A program made the position numbers and the translations under genes. This document shows positions 1-13,500 of a stretch of 64,000 nucleotides of DNA, in pieces (the first letter of the stretch is position 1; every line of letters starts with the position of its first letter). Below the pieces are notes generated by a model. The model searched no databases. It saw nothing but the letters and a program-made list of their open reading frames with translations, and was not told the origin of the DNA. Origin of the DNA: Camelus ferus (Eukaryota); assembly GCF_009834535.1 (NCBI RefSeq), contig NC_045697.1:90088001-90152000 (forward strand). The letters run 5' to 3'.

Positions 1-109
1 TATACTAGCAAATTGCTCATTCATTGGAAACCAGTCAATTCTTAGACTAACGTTTCCAATTCACATATTCTTAATCTAATAGATGTAAATTCAACATTAA
101 GAGCAGTAA

Positions 110-305
110 CTCCACATATTAAGTAGAACTTTATAGTTCACAATACACTGTAAGGCAGATTATCTCATTTGATCCCATAAAAATCCATTTTATTATCTCA
201 AGTCACAGATGGGAAAAATAAAGTTCAGTGAGACTAAATGACTTGCCCTGGTCATTCAGTGGCCCTGCCAGGTCTCTGGTTCCTAGTCTATTACCCTTTG
301 CTCTA
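110..305 (-). mobile_element. MIR-family SINE fragment
   Basis: Reverse MIR core: attatctcatttgatcc...cacagatgggaaaaataaagttcagtgagactaaatgacttgccctggtca. Confidence 0.75.
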
Positions 306-2042
306 TCTCCTGGAGGTTAACGTTAATTTCATTAAGTCAATAACAATTTCAACAAGGTGACTGACAATATTCAGTTGTTTCTGCGCAAGCCAGGTTTTCT
401 TCATCTAAATATTATATTCCTTCTGATATCTCTTTGACAATAAATTATTAGAAGAACTCGAAGTCATAGTCAGGCTGTACATCAAAACCTACAGGCGGGG
501 TGTGGGAGTCACAAAGTAGGTTCTGAGGATGGTGTGTGCTGGTCTCCTGATAGCATCAGAAAGAAGTGCTGGAGCTCTCATTAACAAACAGGAATTGACA
601 GATGTTCTTACGGTTTGGATCTAAATTAGCACAAACTATGCCTGTGATGCCAAAATGAAATTACTATATCCTTTTTAGCATGTTGTACAATGAAACACTT
701 TCTAAATATTGTTAAGGAGCTAAAAATAATCATAAGTGACCAATGCTGTGACAGTGAAGCAGAGACTCAGTTTTAAGATAGATCAGATGTAAGTTATGGA
801 GCTTGCCAGAGCATGAAAGAGTGTATTCTCTTCACTAATGTCAACAACTTATTTTTACGAGCAGTTATTCACGAGAGGGTCAGGCGCCATTAAAGTCAGT
901 ATAAAACTCCAGAAAGGGGCTTCTTCTCTGGCATATGCTATATTGCTCCTCAGGAATAGAGTGGTGATTTAAACAAACCCTTAAAACTCAATTTCAAAAC
1001 AAATGAGTTTGAATTAACATAATCTCTTATAGAAGATAGGAATGTTCGTGATTACCTACTAGTACTTTAGAATAAGCTAAATTTTCTATCTTATTTCAAT
1101 TGTTTATGTATCTTGATCTGCACAGCCAATATCAACTTGCTCTTGATAAAAATAGAGAAATTAGTCATTAAGAAAGTAGCTCAAAATTATGTTAATCAAT
1201 AGCAGTATCAAAATCAAAGAAAAAGCTTTACCAGTCTATGCTACTATACAATGTAGCAAAGCTGTTCCTTAAATGTGCACATTTTAAAGAAGACAAGGTG
1301 AGAAAGAAGAAAGAAGGAGAGAGAATGGAGGAAGGGAAGGAAGAAGGAAGAAAGGTATCTGAAACTATAACTTGATGAGCAACATTCTTTTTAATATTTA
1401 CTGAACAATTAAAAGTGAGCTTTTAGGGGAAATAACTACAGCTCTTCAACAACAAAACAATAGTATACATCTGTAGATTGTTTCTTTATTAATAATGCAG
1501 CTTTTATCACCAAATATGCTTAATCATTTCAAGAGTGAAACTCCTGAAATGTCATTTCAATTCATTCTTTGATTGTCATCTTGGCAGTCAGTGGAAAGAA
1601 TTATGGGATTAAGTGGTCTGGATATATATAAAACAAGGGAGAAACATAAAAATCTTTTCTTCAAATGCTAGACTGATGTAATGATTTTAATGACTTGCAT
1701 AGTATTGTTCTTCGTTCTCAGGAATGGATTTTATTTCTGGAAACTGACTTGACTGATTAGGTTTCATCCAGTCTCTCTGGATTTTGCTGCTGAATACGAT
1801 CATTTCTATCACAGAAACAGCAGGATCCAAGCATCTGCCTCTTTATTGTAGCTTCCACGGAATTACTGTTGAATGCGTGAGCCAGTACGGTCTTGCTGAA
1901 TGAAGTGCACAATTCAAATCATAAAATTTTTCATACACCAGAGAACACTTTGGAGGCAACCCAAAGGTGATACACAGTTTCTATCCCGGTAAGCTATTTG
2001 CTACAGACCCCCATGAGACACAGAAGAAGTAAGCTTTAAGAG

Positions 2043-2215
2043 CAGTGTTTCTCAAAGTGAAGTCTGTGGACCAACTACCTAAGAATTATCTACAATGATG
2101 AATAAGAGAAGATTCTTGGGCACCTCTTTAGATTTACACAATCATAATTTCTAGAGGCAAATCCCAAGCATCTGCACAAGCTCACCTGGTGATTCCAAAA
2201 TTTTAAAAGCCATTG
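2043..2215 (+). mobile_element. MER5A/MER5B-like hAT-Charlie MITE
   Basis: Starts cagtgtttctcaaagtg...gtggacc, internal agattcttgggc and cacctggtgattc, ends aaaattttaaaagccattg, matching the MER5 layout. Confidence 0.8.
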
Positions 2216-3221
2216 TTCTTGAGTGCCAAAATGCCCTAAAAAAAGTCTTAATTTAAAAAAAAAATATTCCAATTTTTTCTCACTGTTTTAAAGTCCTGAG
2301 TCTACACACCTCTCAGTCTCCAATGACACTTCCCTGGAGAAAGCTCATGAAGCACTTTTCAGACTGGACCAGTCCCTTACTGTCATGTAACTCAGATAGG
2401 TAGGGAATAACAATGATGGAAAAGTGCCCCAGTAAGTTGCTAAACATAAAACTTGAATGAAATAGGTTAATTCTTGTTGCATCAGGAGAAATCATGAGAT
2501 AGGGTTTTTAAAAAATATGTTACAACATACAATATGAATTTAGCTTCAGTTTTCTTACTGATATTCTACCCCAAAGTAGATTACAGTGCTGCTGGCACAG
2601 TGCTGGGACGTACACATCTAGAACCGGGGTAACAGGCATACAGCAGGAAAACGGCTGCTTTCTTTGCCTCGTCCACACTTGCCACATACCCTGGAACTTA
2701 TTAAAATTCTGTTGAAGTGGTCAGACTGTTCTTAGTATGCTTGCTTTTTCTTGGGGGAATCCATTGACCTTTCAATAAGGAAGCATTCAGTTACCGAGCT
2801 ATTCCTGGTTTAAAAATAATTTGCAATCTCTGCCTTGTAAACACTTACAGATATACCACAGAAGTCCCTAGAGCTATTTTGAAAGTCGCCCAAATTTATC
2901 TCAAACATATTTTGCTCATGTAAAATAAATATTGAAACCATTATTCCGGAGAAACTATTTTTCTAAACCAGTTGCTTTTCAAACTGAAAGTCAAAGGCAT
3001 CACCATGGAGGGTGGAAATGCAAAGGCATGTCTGGCAAAATCACCAGTGCAGAATAGGGATTGAGGACACAGCTGCCTCCCTCATCTTCTCACGGCCATA
3101 GGCTTTGCTGCTCATCCTCACCTGTTCTTTATAAAAGGAGAAAAATGACTAAACAGAGTGGAGTTCTAATGTAGGCTTACTCTTGTAGGTTTTCCGCCTT
3201 CCTCCAATATTTCCTCTAGAG

Positions 3222-3442
3222 CTAGGGTTGAAAAGCTATGGCCCATGGGTTAAGATATCCTTCAACCAGATTTTGTAAACAAACTTTTATTGAAACAGAG
3301 CCATGCTCACCTGTCTACACAGCATCTCTGACTGTTTTCCCACTACAAAGTCAGAGGTATGTAGTTGCAAAGGGACCCCAGGCCCACAAAGCTAAACACA
3401 TTTAGTATCTGGCCTTTTACAGATAAAGTTTGCTGACCACTG
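3222..3442 (+). mobile_element. MER58A hAT-Charlie MITE with 8-bp TSD
   Basis: Colinear with MER58A consensus (ttttgtaaacaaacttttattgaaacagagcca...tatctggccttttacagataaagtttgctgaccactg); flanked by ctctagag (3214-3221) and atctagag (3443-3450). Confidence 0.9.
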
Positions 3443-3844
3443 ATCTAGAGAATACTGACAGTTGCCTCAGTAGTGTTTATCATCAAACAGAGGTAGGTGG
3501 AAGCAGAGGTGGCAGATACCCAGCATGACAGAGATGGAAACTTTACAAAACTACTGCTGCAGGAAAAATAGATGGCTTATCATCAAAAACAAACAATGTC
3601 TATTCTTAACAAAATAATTTATTTTAAAGGTGAGGATTTAGCTGAACTGTTATTCTGAAAGGAGGTCAGGAATGACCAGGAGGAAAATCATGATTGTGGA
3701 AGCACTAAATCCCCAAACGTTTCTCCCTTTGTTACACCTGCTCCTTTTGCTATACGCTGGAGCTTGTTAAACATGCAATTGCCCTCCTAATTTTTCCAGA
3801 TAAATACAAACACTTAATTATTTCTTCTTTCCCCCCCTACATTA

Positions 3845-5490
3845 TCTCATTCATTCGCTCAACCGACAATTATTTAATGAGTACTCGTTATGTGTCAAGC
3901 CCTGTGCTAGGCACTTGGTATACAATGATCAACAAATGGACTTGGGTGAGCTTTCCAGAAAACTTTGTCAGGTATAAATTTTGAACTAGATGGCCTTAAT
4001 TTTGAACTTACAAATAAAGAGAAAAAAAAATCAAACCTATAAATGTCTTTTTTTCCCAGATCAAGTATATTATTATGTTATGATACACAATGAGTCAATG
4101 TAACTTAGTGGAAAATATCAGCTTATAATATAATAATATAAATTACTGCCACTAAATTTTACATATCATGATTTTTTAAAATTATAGTCTAAATCATATT
4201 GTTAGCATTTTTGTTAAAAACTTTGGTAAATCTACTCACAGAGCCTAATGAAGGGGAGACTCAGACAAGTAAACCTCTAAGTACAATAGAGTATAATGAG
4301 TTCTAGGAGACAGGAAATGTAGAACATTAGGGAAGCAACATGGTAGGGAGGTGGGGGAGAGGTGCTGCCTGATGGAGGTGGGAGGAAATTTTTTACAAGA
4401 GGATATAAAGCAGGAGTGAAGAGATGAGAGGATAACAATCTTACACGGTCATGCTGGCCATGTAAAGAAAATGGTTGCTTTTTGTTTCTTTGTTTTTTAA
4501 TTGAGATAAGTGGGAAGCAGTTAGAAGTCTTACATAGGAGGAACATGATCATATTTTTCTTCATAAAGACTACTCTGGCTGCACTGTAGAAAATGCCTTT
4601 AGAAGAACAAACACTGAGACCACTAAAATCTCCTGGGAAGATGGTATAGAAATTCAAGGAAGGGATAATGAAAGCTGATCTGTGGTGACATTAGTGGAGA
4701 TGAAATGAAACAGAGAGATTCAAACAGCATTAAAACCAACAGAAAATGGTAATTTATCAGACTTGGGAGTTGAGGAAAAGAAAAGAAGCAATCAAGAATA
4801 ACTTCAAGTATTTTGCCTTGGGCAAGTGCCTGGTCTATGGTAGCATTTGCTACGATTGAGAGCACAAGACGGTGAGTTCAGTCTGGGACATCTGGGACAT
4901 TGAGTATCCAGTCCCTGAGGAACATCCAAATGACTTACAGAACATGTAGTTGGACAGGTTACACCTGAGGCCCAGGAGACGGGAAATGAGGATGAGTCAT
5001 CAGTCTAACAATAGTAACTGAGAGAACTGGAATGGATGAGATTATCCAGGCTGCATATTTAGAGTGAAGGAGGAAGGACCCGGAACAGTATCCACCAGAC
5101 AGAGCACAAGGATTCTGCACAAGAAGTAAGAAGGTGTGGCGAGGTAGTTGGGAGAAAAATATGGTGAGTTATCAATCACAGGAGTCAAAATAAAGTGTTT
5201 TATGAAGCAAAGAATGATTGATTGTATCATATGTCATATATTTCTGGGAAAAAAGTTATGATAAGTTATGATAATCTAAAATAGGTTCCTTAGACGTACT
5301 GTCGTTGCCAATTACAGTGACAGCAGGTAGGAAAGGGGCAGAAGCCATTTTACAGAAGGTTGGGAAGTCGATGAAGAAATGAAGTGGAGCAACAAGTTTA
5401 GATATTGCTTTTCATATGTTTAGCTATGAAGGAGAAGAAAGAGATAAGAGAGTAATTAGCTAGAGAGAAACATCAGGAGTAAGGGATGAC
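3845..5490 (-). mobile_element. L2 LINE fragment (3' end at ~3845, interrupted ~3960-4235)
   Basis: cattcattcgctcaac...ctgtgctaggcacttgg is the reverse L2 3' end; purine-rich L2 body follows (aaagactactctggctgcactgtagaaaat; ggtgagttcagtctgggacat). Confidence 0.8.
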
Positions 5491-5494
5491 AAGA

Positions 5495-5645
5495 ACAGGG
5501 CATAAACCAGGCCTCTGAGAGCTACCGATATTTTATTTCTTAACCTGGTGATTGCTCACATGGTTGGCTGTATTTCAAATAATTAGGCTAAACTTTATGT
5601 TTTGTGCACTTTTTGTTTGTTTATAACATGTATATTTTATAAAAT
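5495..5645 (+). mobile_element. Old L1 (L1ME-like) 3' end fragment
   Basis: atattttatttcttaacctggtg...tatgttttgtgcacttttt resembles an L1ME 3' terminus. Confidence 0.55.
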
Positions 5646-5669
5646 ACCCATGAAGATATTCTTAAGCCA

Positions 5670-7410
5670 CAAAAGAAAAATAAAAGAGCAACTCTAACAA
5701 AAAGTCTGCAAACCATGTGTGAAGAAAACTATAAATCCTCACTGAAAGATATTTTTTTAAATCCTCTCTATTTGGAATGGTATATTATGTTTTTCGATAG
5801 GCATACCAACAGTTGTTAAGATGCAAATTCTCCCAAATTGAGCTATAGATTAAATGCAATTCTAGTCAAAATCCAAATAGGGCTTTTTAATGAAGTATGA
5901 CAAGCTAATTCTAAAATCCATATAGCATTATAAAGGCTTAGGAACAACAAAAACATGCCTGAAAGATAGAAAGGTGAGAGTGACTTGCCTGCCTGGCTAA
6001 ATATTGAGACTTACTATAATATATCATAAATACAACAAATGTAAGGTATAAAGATAAACAATATGAGTAATATATAGCAAGAGAACAGAAATAAATCCAT
6101 GCAAATATAAATGACTTCCGAGCTGACGTTACAGATTGTTGGGGAAAGGATTATTCAATAAAGATACTGGGAGAGTTGTTAATCATTTGGAAAAAAAGAA
6201 GAAAAAAACAAGATCCCTACCTCACACTCTAAACAAATTTTAAATTCCAGATATACTAAGTACTATATTTTTATAAAATAAAGACCTATAAATCTTTACT
6301 TTGACAACTAGGGTAGTATACTAATAAGCCTGGGTAGGAAAAGATTCATTAATAAAATACAAAAGATACAATCATAAAGAAAACAATAAATTCAGCTACA
6401 TTAAAATGAAGAACTTCTGTTTCTCAAAATACACCATGAAAAGAATAAATAGACAAGCAGTTGCCTGGGGGGGAAAAAAACATTTGCAGCATCTGTAAGT
6501 AAGAATTAGTATTCAGGATATATAAAAATTCTTATTAATCATAAAGAAAAAGACAAATAACCCAAATAAAAATTGTAACAGACATGAATAGCAATTTTCA
6601 AAAGAGGAAACAAATGGATCATAAACATGAAAATGTGCTCGTCCTTGTTAGTAATCAGGAAATATAATTTAAAACCACAACAAAGTAGAATTTCATGTAA
6701 AAATTTTAAAGTGAGTCAATGTCAATTTTAACAAAACTGTGGAGGACTCATCTACCTGGCCACTGCTGGTGTGTGTGTAACTGGTGTACAAACACTTTGG
6801 AACATATCTGGCATTTAAAGTTGAGTCTATGATTATGCAGAAACCCCTATGAGAAAATTCTACTCCTAAGAGAAAATCTTACATCTATGTACGAACAGAC
6901 TTACATAAGAACACGCACAGCAGCGTTGTTCCTGACAATGATCACAAATGTTTACCAAAACAAATGCTCGACAAGTCTGTTAAGCTATTGTTGTTATGTG
7001 GTTATATGAGCTATGTGGAATGGAGAAATAAATTGTTACATTCATATACTGAAATTCTCTTCAGCAATGAAAATGAATGATATAGTACTATGCATGGCAA
7101 CAAAAGTGAATCTCAAACAATGTTGAGCAAAAGACATAAGGTATGGAATACACACACCATACATTACAATTTCATTTTCACAAAGTTCAACACCAGTAAA
7201 GTAAACATACTGTTAGGGTGTATACATGTGGTCAGACACAAAATACAGAAAGGGAAAGTAATGTGATCTGGGAAGGGTAACACTGGCTTATGTTGTATTT
7301 CTTAAGCTGGAGGATTGGTACATAGGTGCTACTTTTACTTTTATAATTTCCGGTACATTTGAATTTATATAGTCTTTTGTATGATGTATTTCCTAAATAT
7401 ATTCAAAAAA
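5670..7410 (+). mobile_element. Old L1 (L1ME-like), ORF2 3' half plus 3' UTR
   Basis: Degenerate ORF2 landmarks (attctcccaaattgagctatagattaaatgcaattc, ttattcaataaagatactggga, ttagtaatcaggaaatataatttaaaaccacaa) and L1ME-type 3' UTR. Confidence 0.85.
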
Positions 7411-8606
7411 TACCATATGCCTTAAAAGATATGGAATCTTTGATGAGAAAAAAAATTAACCAATGAATTTTATCTGCCCCTTTGACAATTTAGAGATTGA
7501 TTTTTTTAATCCCTCAATTTTAGACAGCATAAGTAGTACTGAGCTAGGAAAACAATAAAATAGTCTAACAAAAATGGTCATGAGGGAAATAAATTACTAA
7601 AAAAAACCCTCTAAACAGGTTAAAGTAAGGGGAACAGAGTAGGATTTGAAAATACTGAACAGAGTGTTAAAGAAAATTAGCACACTGTTTTCAGCACGTC
7701 TCTGTGTTTCTAAGTCACCTACAAGAATGTAACAAATTAAAGATTCAAAAATCACAGATAAAGATAAAATGGCTATTATTATAGAAAAAAAAAGCAGAGG
7801 AAAATTACTAGCTTCACTTTTTAAGTATTCATGAAGGAAAAAGTTTACCCTGTTTTCGTAAGTTTTTTCATTAGTGTAAAAAATAAGCAAACAAAAGAAT
7901 TTCTCAACATGAATATACTTTAAAATTTGCTCATCTCCTTACTAATATCATGTAACAAACACAAAGAGATGTGCCAGAATAAAAGAGAACTTACTCTGAG
8001 GCGGTGTACAATAATCAACCCGCAGAAGAGCCAAAATCACAGAGGGTATAGTGTTATACTTAGGTGGTATTATGTATTTTATTCAGAGGAGGTAGCTGAA
8101 CACTTGAAGGAATTAGAAATGAGTTCCCTACTTTGAACCTAGTCCAAGTGGTGAATGAGTCATGATCAAATATTTTCACAACCTACTAGACATTCAGTGA
8201 TCTTTGAGACTTGAGCTGATGGTCTTCCATCATTCTTTGGTGGGCAGGTGTCACCACCACTAATTAGGCTTTTGCTTAAAATCGGCTGGGGGCCAGAGGG
8301 TAGGCAGAAAGCAAGGAGGTCTGGAGACTGAACAGCCTGTTCATGGCCTGTGGTGGTCCTGCCCAGGGTGGCACAAAGGCTCCTGGCCAAGGCCAGCTGG
8401 TAAATGTAGTATGTCTGGTAAAATAAAGTAGGAATTTCACCTTGTAGAGCTGTCAGTCTGGCTCCTCTCCCAGCACTCGGCTGGCAGGACTAAATTTCAA
8501 AAATGTAGGTGCTTTGATGAATAGGTCTTTATCTGAAACAGCCGTTTTGAAAATCTCAGTTCTATAAACTTTATAACTGACATCTCACATGATACATTGT
8601 GATGCA

Positions 8607-8826
8607 TTTGAGATTGCAGATACTAAGTACTATATGTAAAATAAACAACAAGTTTCTTCTGTATAGCACAGGTAACTATATTCAGTATCTTATAGCAACC
8701 TATAATGAAAAAGAATATGGAAATGAATATATGTGTGTACATATATGACTGAAACATTATGCTGTACACCAGAAATTGACACACCCTTATAAACTGACTA
8801 TACTTCAGTAAAAAAAAAAAAAAAAA
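8607..8826 (+). mobile_element. Young 5'-truncated L1 3' end with poly(A), cetartiodactyl type
   Basis: ctgtatagcacaggtaactatattcagtatctt...gctgtacaccagaaattgacaca...gactatacttcagt followed by a 17-nt A tail (8810-8826). Confidence 0.9.
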
Positions 8827-9374
8827 CTATTAGCCACAGAGCAGAAGAATCTTAGAATGGACAGAAAAGCAGGTAAATGTGCTCCATATATTGCTGGATT
8901 ATATAACTGATGTAGTCCTTGAAATAGGCCAGAAAATAACACTGTCAAAATAATAATACTCTCCAATTATACAGAAGTTTACAGTTTATCAAATGGTTTC
9001 ATATATCACAAGATGTGGGAAGTTTTAATTTTAGAAGTAAAAAATTTGCCTAGGTTCACACAGGACTACAGGACTGAGTTAGGACATATTCTGAACATAA
9101 GTTAAAGTACAGTGTTAGATCTACTAGAACACAAATGCCTAAAAGGAAGAACAAGAATAGTGATAGCAGCTGCCATTTTTAGTGAGCACCTACTAAGTGT
9201 GAAACATTGTACTATGTTCTTTGTACTTCTGCATCTAAATTTAAAATATTTAATCATATTTAAATGCTATAGCAAGAGCTGTCTATGTTGAATCCTTTGA
9301 TTACAACAAAGATTTATCAGTCTTATAAGTGTAAATGTCCATGTTTTGCTTGCTTTAGCTGGAACATAACTATC

Positions 9375-9422
9375 ATATATATATATATGTATATATATAC
9401 ATACATAAACTTTTATATATAT
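9375..9422. repeat. (TA)n-rich microsatellite
   Basis: atatatatatatatgtatatatatacatacat. Confidence 0.8.
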
Positions 9423-10400
9423 GAAAAAGCAAGTCAATATGTTTTATATATTTAACAGTTTATAACATTTCATATACATTCATCTATTTTATGTATAATT
9501 ATATACATGAAATTAGCTACAAGGACAATATTACAGATTAAAGATTGATCATTGTACCTTAAAAGATATTCTTGCAAGATAAATATTTAAAACTAAAATT
9601 ATTCTTGGTCAATATTTTTATTTTATTCTTTACCCTTAGCATCAGAAAAAAATTGTTTGGTTTAAGTGAAAGTAGCCAGCGTCCTATCTAAACTAAAAGT
9701 GCTATCTGCACACCTGCTGTTACGTCATTTAGTGAAAATCATCACAGTTACCCTAAAGGGTTCTACTTAACAGGTATTTATTGCAAGTCTGCTGTGTTCA
9801 GAAAGAAGGAGATATGTAAAAGTGAGATCAGACAGCATCTATCTTTAAGGACTTTATACCCTAGTAAGAAGAATAAGAAGCACACAAGTAGAAGATGAGA
9901 AATGACCAAAATCAAATATTTGATTTCCTTGAGTTCTTCTAAATAGAAAATGGAGTATATTTTACATTAACATAAAATATATTAAAATTACCATTTCCGC
10001 AATAGTAATCCTCTAAATTGTCTAGTTGTCTTTAAAGAGTCAACCCCAAACCAAATTGGAGTGTCTCGAAATGGCATTATTTAGTCACAAAGCTGATCCA
10101 TAGGAATTAAGAGGAATGGCCAGGAATGAAATGAAGGGACAGGAGGTGTCTCTTCATTCTCATTGACTTATTTTAGCACAATTAATTGTATAGGTCCTTG
10201 TCACTGGCAGAAATTTTTCATTCTGGTATTTTTCATTGAATACATAAGCATTCAAATATGCACTGAAAGGCAGAGTTAATAAACTAAAGTCCCTAGCTTC
10301 ATGTACAATATTTTTAAGATGGAGACTCTCAGAATCATTGGTCCACATAAATATTCTTCTTTCTCATTCCCCATCCCACCCAACTCCATCTCTCCTGACA

Positions 10401-10421
10401 ACACACACACACACACACACA
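10401..10421. repeat. (CA)n microsatellite
   Basis: About 10 perfect AC units. Confidence 0.9.
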
Positions 10422-10550
10422 TCCTTCACACGTGAATCAGTAATTGTGATATACAAAAACCTGGTTGCACATCCAGTACTTTTAAGTTCACTTTCAGTTT
10501 AACCTAAACCAGAGCACTGTTACTGATAAAATACAACTCATGGCAAATGA

Positions 10551-10587
10551 ATGAATCCTTTAATACGGTATGAATCCTTTAATACGG
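10551..10587. repeat. Tandem duplication, 19-bp period
   Basis: atgaatcctttaatacgg at 10551-10568 and 10570-10587. Confidence 0.95.
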
Positions 10588-13500
10588 CCCCATATGATAA
10601 AGAAGCAGAGAAAATAATATGATTTTTCTGAATCTCCTTTTTCTGAATTTCTGAATCTCCTTTTAGCTCAGAAACCTTATCATGCAATAATTAGCGACAC
10701 AGTAAAAATCCAAATAAAGAGACCATTTGCTGTATAGATCTATAAACTGGATATTGGTGCTACAGATGCCAAAAACACAGAAAGATTAGCTCTCAGCTCC
10801 GTCCCCGCTGAGGAAGTTCCCCGAAGCATGAAAGAGCCCTGGGACAGAGTGAGACGCTTCAGCTGATCAAGCCCTATTTGGTCACTTTCATCTTTGCGAT
10901 GCCTGGAAAGGAGTGCCCTTCCTGCCAGCTCTTGGCACTGTGACTATGGAGAGACATAAAGGGAGGCAAGGCAAGGCCAGCACAAAAGGGGAAGTGGTTA
11001 AAGGCAGCAGCCTGTTCCAAAGAAACAACAGTGCTGGCAGGAGATGTTAACAACGAAGATGCTTGTGCCTCCGTGGTAAATAGAATGGCAATGGCCTAAT
11101 AATAAACCTGAAAGACACAAGTGAGGATGGCTGCATGCAAAGTGGGGGAAAACCTTCCAATTACTGCTTTAGACAGCCCTATTAATCCTTAGGAGCACGC
11201 CCGACAAAAAGTCTATTCAATTTTCCCTCAATGTGTTCTGTCTAATGGGAGCGGTATTATGTCTGACACTGAGGGTAATTACCTCATGAGAATTTCACAT
11301 ACAGAGAAGTAAGTCTTTAATTTTCTGCAGGTGTCTTGGACACATTCTGCATAATTCTTTGCCCCCAAATTAGGTGCACATTCCTCTTCTGCAGAGCTGC
11401 TTTCAGATTGGGATGGTTTGCATTTGATGACTAATAGTCATTTATCTCAGCCATTATGGAAAGCAGCACATGGTATGTCCTCCCTTCATCACATCTCAAG
11501 TGTCATCAATATCCTCCACAAAACTGAAAAGTGTGTGTGTGTATGGAATATGTGTGCATATACATATACATGTAAATCCTGTTACAGCACTCCTCTGAGT
11601 CACAGCCATTAGCCGCAGGTAAGTGGTTAGGAGCCTTTCTATACACACGAGTTATGAGAGTTCCAACAAGACCATAACCCTGCAGGGAGGCACTTAACTG
11701 TTTACTCCTGCCAGTCTGTGAAACTAGGAAACAACTGAAATGGAACAGAAAAGAAGATAAATGGAAAAAACAGTATTTAAGGTTGTTTTGTTTCCTGGAA
11801 TAATTACACACGTAGCATGTCTTGTTGATTTATTCTAAAGTAAAGACTCTTCAGTCAAACATAAATGGATTACATTTTTTTGCTGAATTATACAAAGCGG
11901 TTTTATTATTTTAGCATCACCTGACAGTAGAGATATGACAAAGGAAATGTTTAATATAACAGCTTGGTGAAATAAGCATCAGAGAGAAACAAAACTTTAA
12001 AAAAACAATGTTTCCCAATGGTGGAGCAGTCAAGTGTGTAGAAATAGGGTGATGTGGCTAACCACTCCACTTAATGGAGAAATGATTAAACATTTCTTGG
12101 AGTTGATGACTTTACGACTACTGAGACATTCTTACATAGTACCAGAACAAAGATTTTTATTTTTCGTGAGTAAACTACATGAATACGACCATGCCATCTG
12201 GTGTAATACATGTTCTTTATGATTCTGTGTTTTCTTTAAAATCCCCATAATTAACTAGGTAAAAACTGCACTTAAGACATCACAGTATGGTTCATGGAAA
12301 CCAAGGTGGCTGGATCCTTTTATTTCTAAATTACTTCTACCTCTAAAATGCAATGATTGCGTATTTCAGAAGCCACCCCTGCATGGGGCAATCAGACTGT
12401 TGTCCACAGCGCCCCTTCCACCAGCACTGTTTGCTGTTCTGGAGGCTTACAAATAGCCCAAACTAACTGCTCAGCTGTCTTTCTTCTCCAACATTGTGAA
12501 ACATTTTGATTGTGTTCAGGTCCCAGAAAACCTGACAGAGTCTAATAAGAACATTTCTCTTACAATTAAACTGAGGTAAATTTAAAAATCTCCCAGACAG
12601 CAAGTTATGTTTAATTCTCATTTTGAAAGTAGGATGTAAAACTTTTAATAAATTATTCCTTGGAAGAGTTGTCCTTTTTTCAAAAGCCCAAGGCATTCTT
12701 TCAGAGAGAGAAGACTAAGGATGTGCCCATGTTCTTCTCCCCCTGCTCTCACCCTGAAAACCCCAAGATAGGCAGCTATCCGTGCTTCTGGTCAGTGCAA
12801 AGACATGCTGTCCGTGGCTCCCATTATGTCCCAGTTTGCTCAGGCAGTCCAAGACATCAATCAAGCCTTCAAGTCTTAAACTTACTGGCATTCTTTACAA
12901 CTTTTCCAAAAGTCTCCTGAGGCTGAACAGACTGAAAACTGAACTGGAAACATCCTCAACAAAATATGTACAATACATACTTTAGCTAACTCAGAACTTA
13001 ATAAGAAGTATAGACTTGCTGTGGCCCAGTTTACCCTGGAGGCTCCTATTTCTTGACGTCAAATGTCACAGGCAAAGGTGAAGAAGCTACTAGTTATCTA
13101 CTGTACCTCTTTGCTTCGAGGAAGATACCACTAAGGCACTATACTTCTCTTCCAGAGCAAGTACTGAAGGAAAACCCTGGCTATCAGCGTATTTACAGCA
13201 AGTGGTCCTTTATGAAACCTTTATGTATAAGTTCCAAATTTCTCTCTATGAACTTGTTATGGCCATCAAATATTAGACTGTCATACAATTCTCCTGTATA
13301 TTCTTAAAGAGACATTGATTGCCACATTAGATCACGTTAGAAAACATTATCTGTGTTGTACCAAAACCTGAAAAATAATTCAACATAAATACTCAAAGTA
13401 GAGTAACTTTCACTAATACCCATAATGCTCACAATTTATGCATAAGAGGTTTTTCCAAATATCCAACCCTTTTCAATTCAGAACAGATTCAGAAAAAAAC

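Noticed and set aside
1852..1988. Plus-strand exon candidate (ttattgtag|...CCG|gtaagc)
   Set aside because: Stops in all three frames and no independent evidence
4277..5230. Minus-strand ORFs up to 126 aa
   Set aside because: They lie in decayed L2 and show no protein-like features
12886..12943. Minus-strand exon candidate (CCA|gtaagt donor)
   Set aside because: Several competing AG acceptors leave the boundary undefined
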